A stretch of 64,000 nt of DNA from the NCBI GenBank assembly GCA_045617365.1, contig JAZLIN010000014.1:5208-69207 (forward strand). Reading direction: 5' to 3'. This document shows, piece after piece, positions 60,075 through 64,000 of this stretch (within the stretch, counting starts at the first letter, position 1; each line of letters opens with the position of its first letter). The position numbers were made by a program, and so were the translations under genes. Source of the stretch: Prevotella sp. Lineage in GTDB: Bacteria > Bacteroidota > Bacteroidia > Bacteroidales > Bacteroidaceae. The notes below the pieces were generated by a model, which saw only the letters and a program-made list of their open reading frames with translations, did not search any database and was not told the DNA's origin.

Positions 60075-61148
60075 TTAAAGCTTTTCTACAAATAAGTCGA
60101 ACATGAATTCTGTATCAACTGGTCCTGAGCATGCCTCTGGGTGGAACTGGCTTGAGAACCAAGGCTTTGTCTTGTGCTTGATACCCTCATTTGAACCATC
60201 GTTCATATTTACAAACAGTTCTTCCCAATCCTTACCGAGAGTTGATGCATCTACTGCATAGCCATGGTTCTGGGATGTTACGAAACACTTTTCTGTACCT
60301 ACCATGCGAACAGGCTGGTTGTGTGAACGGTGACCGTATTTCAGCTTGTATATCTTTGCGCCGGCAGCCTTAGAGAGTAACTGGTTACCCATGCAGATGC
60401 CGCAGATTGGTTTGTCACTTTTTGTCATCTGCTTCTGGATAATCTTCACTGCATCCTCGCACATGTCAGGGTCACCAGGACCGTTGGCAAGGAACAGACC
60501 GTCAAACTCCATATCAGTGTAATCGTAGTTCCAAGGTACGCGGATTACTTCACAACCACGGTTGATGAGACAACGGATGATATTTGCCTTTACACCACAA
60601 TCCACGAGGACAACCTTCTTGGCTGCACCTTCGTTGTATCTGATGATGTCTTTGCAAGACACCTGATCAACAAAGTTTACACCTTCATAGTTCGCCTCTG
60701 GTATATTGTTAGGTTCATCATCAAACAGGATCTTACCCATCATGACACCATGCTCACGAAGAACCTTTGTCAGTTCACGTGTGTCAATACCTGTGATGCC
60801 TGGTACCTGCTCTCGCTGCAACCACTCGGCGAGGCTCTCCTTGGCATTCCAATGACAATATTTCTCGCTGTAATCTGATACGATGATAGCTGAGGCATAG
60901 ATCTTGTCACTTTCCATGAATGTTGGCAATCCGTTCTGCTCAAACGAAAAAGCAGGAACGCCATAGTTACCTACGAGAGGGTAGGTGAGAACCATTAACT
61001 GACCAGCGTATGAAGGGTCGGTAAGGCTTTCTGGATAACCCATCATTGCGGTATTGAAGACTACCTCACCTGCAATGGGTTTCTCGTATCCGAAGGACTT
61101 ACCATGGAACTTTGTTCCGTCCTGTAATAATAATGTTACGTTTCTCAT
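60075..61148 (-). CDS. carA: Carbamoyl-phosphate synthase small subunit
   Basis: GEVVFNT, TDPSYAGQ, ANGPGDP, GICMGNQ, SQNHGY, QFHPEA. Confidence 0.98.
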   Translation of the reverse strand: MRNVTLLLQDGTKFHGKSFGYEKPIAGEVVFNTAMMGYPESLTDPSYAGQLMVLTYPLVGNYGVPAFSFEQNGLPTFMESDKIYASAIIVSDYSEKYCHWNAKESLAEWLQREQVPGITGIDTRELTKVLREHGVMMGKILFDDEPNNIPEANYEGVNFVDQVSCKDIIRYNEGAAKKVVLVDCGVKANIIRCLINRGCEVIRVPWNYDYTDMEFDGLFLANGPGDPDMCEDAVKIIQKQMTKSDKPICGICMGNQLLSKAAGAKIYKLKYGHRSHNQPVRMVGTEKCFVTSQNHGYAVDASTLGKDWEELFVNMNDGSNEGIKHKTKPWFSSQFHPEACSGPVDTEFMFDLFVEKL

Positions 61149-61165
61149 TTTTATTTTGTTTGTGT

Positions 61166-63031
61166 TTATTCTACTGTTACTGATTTTGCAAGATTGCGTG
61201 GCTGGTCAACATTGAGACCTTTTACTACGGCTACATGATATGAGAGTAACTGCAGTGGTATCACGCTGAGGAGCGGAGCGAGGCATGCCAATGTTGCTGG
61301 TATCTCTATTACCTCATCCACCATGCTAGCTACTTGTTCGTCGCCCTCTGTTACAATAGCGATGATATGTCCCTGACGCGATATCACCTCCTGCATGTTG
61401 GAGATAATCTTCTGGTACAGCTTATGATGTGTAGCGATGAAAACGACAGGCATCTCTGCATCTACCAGTGCGATAGGACCGTGCTTCATCTCTGCTGCTG
61501 GATAACCCTCTGCATGGATGTATGAAATCTCTTTGAGCTTGAGTGCGCCTTCCAATGCAACAGGGTAGTTCCAACCTCGTCCGAGATAAAGGAAGTTGTG
61601 AGCATATGTAAAGCGTGTTGCCAGTTTCTGTATCTTATCGTTCTGCTCAAGAATCTTCTCTATCTTTGAAGGGATATTCTGCAGTTCGGTAAGTGTCTCC
61701 TCGTACTCATCCTGGCTTATTGTGCCTTTTGCCATACCAAGTGCAAGTGCTATCATGGTGAGTACTACGACCTGACCTGTAAATGCCTTTGTTGAGGCAA
61801 CACCAATCTCTGGTCCTACGTGTATATAGGTACCGGTGTCAGATTCGCGGGCAATAGAAGAGCCTACGCCGTTTACGATACCGAAGATAAGAGCTCCCTT
61901 TTCCTTTGCCTGTTGGATTGCTGCCAGTGTATCAGCTGTCTCACCCGATTGTGATATTGCCATCACCACATCATTTGGTTCGATGACAGGGTCGGAGTAT
62001 CTGAATTCACTAGCATAAGCCACCTCAACCGGTATTCGGCAGAAATGCTCTATGAGCTGTTTGCCGATGAGGCCTGCATGCCATGATGTGCCGCATGAAA
62101 CGATGACTATACGCTTCGCCTGTAGCAACTGGCGACGGTTGTTTGTTACAGCCGAGAGTATCACCTGCGGTGCGTGAGAGTATGGCGACTCTACAATACG
62201 TCCGCGCATACAATCCTTCAGTACGTTTGGCTGGTCGAAGATTTCTTTCAGCATGAAATGAGGGAATCCCTCGTGGTCAAGCATAGAGAGATCTACATTT
62301 ACCTCTTTAACCTCTGCATTGGCAGTCTCACCATTGAGGTTGAGAACTTGTATTTCTTTGCCACGCTCTATGATAGCCATTTCCTCATCGTTGAGATATA
62401 CTATCTGCTTAGTGTATTCTGCTATAGGTGAAGCATCGGAAGCAAGGAAGAACTCAGAGTTGTCCTCTACAATTCCAACTGCCAGTGGTGATGACTTTCT
62501 CGCAGCTACAAGTACGTTTGGATTGGTACTGTCGATTACTGCAATGGCGTATGCACCGAATACCTGATTCAAGGCACCTCGTACAGCGGTAGCAAGATCT
62601 ACTTTGTTAGAGACCATGACGTATTCTATGAGTTGTACCAATACCTCAGTATCTGTCTCGCTCTTGAAATCATAGCCTCTTTCTTTCAGCTGTTCACGCA
62701 GTGTGGCATAGTTCTCAATGATGCCGTTGTGTACCAGTGTCAGATTACCTGACTGACTGATATGTGGATGAGCGTTCTTCTCACTTGGTACGCCGTGTGT
62801 TGCCCATCGTGTATGAGCGATGCCTAATGTTCCGCTTATGTCCTTTCCATTTGCAATGTTTTCCAGGTCAGATACTTTACCTTTTGCCTTATAGACATTC
62901 AGCGTGTTGCCATTAGCTGACAGCATTGCGCATCCCGCAGAGTCATATCCGCGGTATTCCAATCGCTTAAGACCTTTGATGAGTATTGGGTACGCATCTC
63001 TTGTTCCGATGTATCCTACTATTCCACACAT
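61166..63031 (-). CDS. glmS: Glutamine--fructose-6-phosphate aminotransferase
   Basis: MCGIVG, EYRGYDSAG, HTRWATH, SQSGETAD, GVASTKAF, EGALKLKE, PRNLAKSVTVE. Confidence 0.98.
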   Translation of the reverse strand: MCGIVGYIGTRDAYPILIKGLKRLEYRGYDSAGCAMLSANGNTLNVYKAKGKVSDLENIANGKDISGTLGIAHTRWATHGVPSEKNAHPHISQSGNLTLVHNGIIENYATLREQLKERGYDFKSETDTEVLVQLIEYVMVSNKVDLATAVRGALNQVFGAYAIAVIDSTNPNVLVAARKSSPLAVGIVEDNSEFFLASDASPIAEYTKQIVYLNDEEMAIIERGKEIQVLNLNGETANAEVKEVNVDLSMLDHEGFPHFMLKEIFDQPNVLKDCMRGRIVESPYSHAPQVILSAVTNNRRQLLQAKRIVIVSCGTSWHAGLIGKQLIEHFCRIPVEVAYASEFRYSDPVIEPNDVVMAISQSGETADTLAAIQQAKEKGALIFGIVNGVGSSIARESDTGTYIHVGPEIGVASTKAFTGQVVVLTMIALALGMAKGTISQDEYEETLTELQNIPSKIEKILEQNDKIQKLATRFTYAHNFLYLGRGWNYPVALEGALKLKEISYIHAEGYPAAEMKHGPIALVDAEMPVVFIATHHKLYQKIISNMQEVISRQGHIIAIVTEGDEQVASMVDEVIEIPATLACLAPLLSVIPLQLLSYHVAVVKGLNVDQPRNLAKSVTVE

Positions 63032-63073
63032 AATATCAGATTTGATTTTGTTTTTTGCACTATTGATTTTTTG

Positions 63074-63118
63074 AAAAAAGAGTTAATATGAGGGTTCGCA
63101 AACCTTCATATTAACTCT
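63074..63118 (-). terminator. Intrinsic terminator after the wza-like gene
   Basis: AGAGTTAATATGA.GGTT-CGCA-AACC.TCATATTAACTCT with an A tract on the plus strand (U tract on minus). Confidence 0.8.
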
Positions 63119-63126
63119 ATTTGTTG

Positions 63127-63918
63127 TTATTTTGTCAGACTTATAGTCAATGTTGCAAGTGATATCAAGATACTAGAAATTGGAGTCCAGAAAGTGTATG
63201 AACTAACATCAGCGCTTCGTGCCTTTGCTTTTTGTGGTTCTACGTAGATGATATCATTCTGCTCGAGGAAGTAATATGGTGAATTGAATATCTTGGCATC
63301 ATTGAGGTTGAATCTCGCTGTATGCTTCGTGCCATTTGCATCCTCACGGACGAGAAGAATGTTTGGTCTCTTACCATAGATAGAAAGGTCTCCTGACTGT
63401 GCAAGAGCTTCGATGATGTTGATTCTCTCATTGTCAACGTTGATGACCTTTGCTGCGCCAACCTCACCAATGATGGTTACCTTGAAACTGTTGTATCGTA
63501 CCTTGACAACAGGACGTTCTTCGTTTGCGAAATAAGGTAATATCTCCTTGGTGATCTTTTCCTCACATTCAGGACGTGTAAGTCCGACAACGTTTACCTT
63601 GCCAATGACAGGGAAATTAATGTTGCCATCATGATCAACTATGTATGACCACATGCCTCTGCTTGCTACAGAATTGGAGATGCTTGTCCATCTGCCTCCC
63701 ATATTCATGTTGAATGGCTCTGCTGCTTCTGGTGTTACAGATGATACCATTATAACAAGCTCGTCATTAGGTTTGATCTTGATAGTTGGAAGGGCCTTGG
63801 TGTCGCTGATACTTACAGAGTCTATGTTCTGGAAGTATGCTACCTGCTTTGTCATTACGCATCCAGAGAAAACCATGGTCATAATGCACAATCCCAATGC
63901 AACGATTAATTTCTTCAT
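63127..63918 (-). CDS. Polysaccharide biosynthesis/export lipoprotein (Wza-like)
   Basis: Lipobox FSGC; IKPNDELVI, VDHDGNINFPVIG, VTIIGEVG, EALAQSGDL, LEQNDIIYVEP. Confidence 0.9.
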   Translation of the reverse strand: MKKLIVALGLCIMTMVFSGCVMTKQVAYFQNIDSVSISDTKALPTIKIKPNDELVIMVSSVTPEAAEPFNMNMGGRWTSISNSVASRGMWSYIVDHDGNINFPVIGKVNVVGLTRPECEEKITKEILPYFANEERPVVKVRYNSFKVTIIGEVGAAKVINVDNERINIIEALAQSGDLSIYGKRPNILLVREDANGTKHTARFNLNDAKIFNSPYYFLEQNDIIYVEPQKAKARSADVSSYTFWTPISSILISLATLTISLTK

Positions 63919-64000
63919 TTTTAAGTGTCTTTTTGTCGTTGGATATATTCCTACTGTGTTTTTACGGTTACGTGGTTCTGATTAGAAGAACATGTAACGG

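Noticed and set aside
63032-63126. glmS ribozyme upstream of glmS
   Set aside because: The 95-bp spacer is mostly occupied by the wza terminator; no ribozyme core seen.

Overview
Bacteroidota chromosome segment, most likely Prevotella-like (inferred from gene content, TAnnTTTG promoter elements and repeat types). It has four parts. (1) 1-~5100: an AT-rich accessory island with three radical SAM genes, two unknown ORFs and an unusual gene fusing ~150 residues of Tyr-punctuated poly-Asp to a 2x[4Fe-4S] ferredoxin. This is a candidate peptide/protein-modification system. (2) ~5200-7300: a decayed toxin-antitoxin/defence patch (orphan MNT, truncated higB plus higA between 33-bp direct repeats, Rpn-family nuclease). 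(3) 7430-51398: a ~44 kb polysaccharide utilisation locus around a hybrid two-component regulator. It has tandem SusC/SusD pairs, three fasciclin lipoproteins, GH10, three GH43, two GH97, GH95, GH127/146 and four esterase modules, consistent with decorated arabinoxylan. Five consecutive genes of its transporter operon share an inverted-repeat motif centred on the start codon, and MITE-like elements lie in intergenic gaps. (4) 52048-63918: housekeeping genes (serA, serC, menA, HD protein, dapA, carB, carA, glmS, wza-like). No rRNA, tRNA or CRISPR array was seen. All calls come from reading motifs by eye; no database searches were run.
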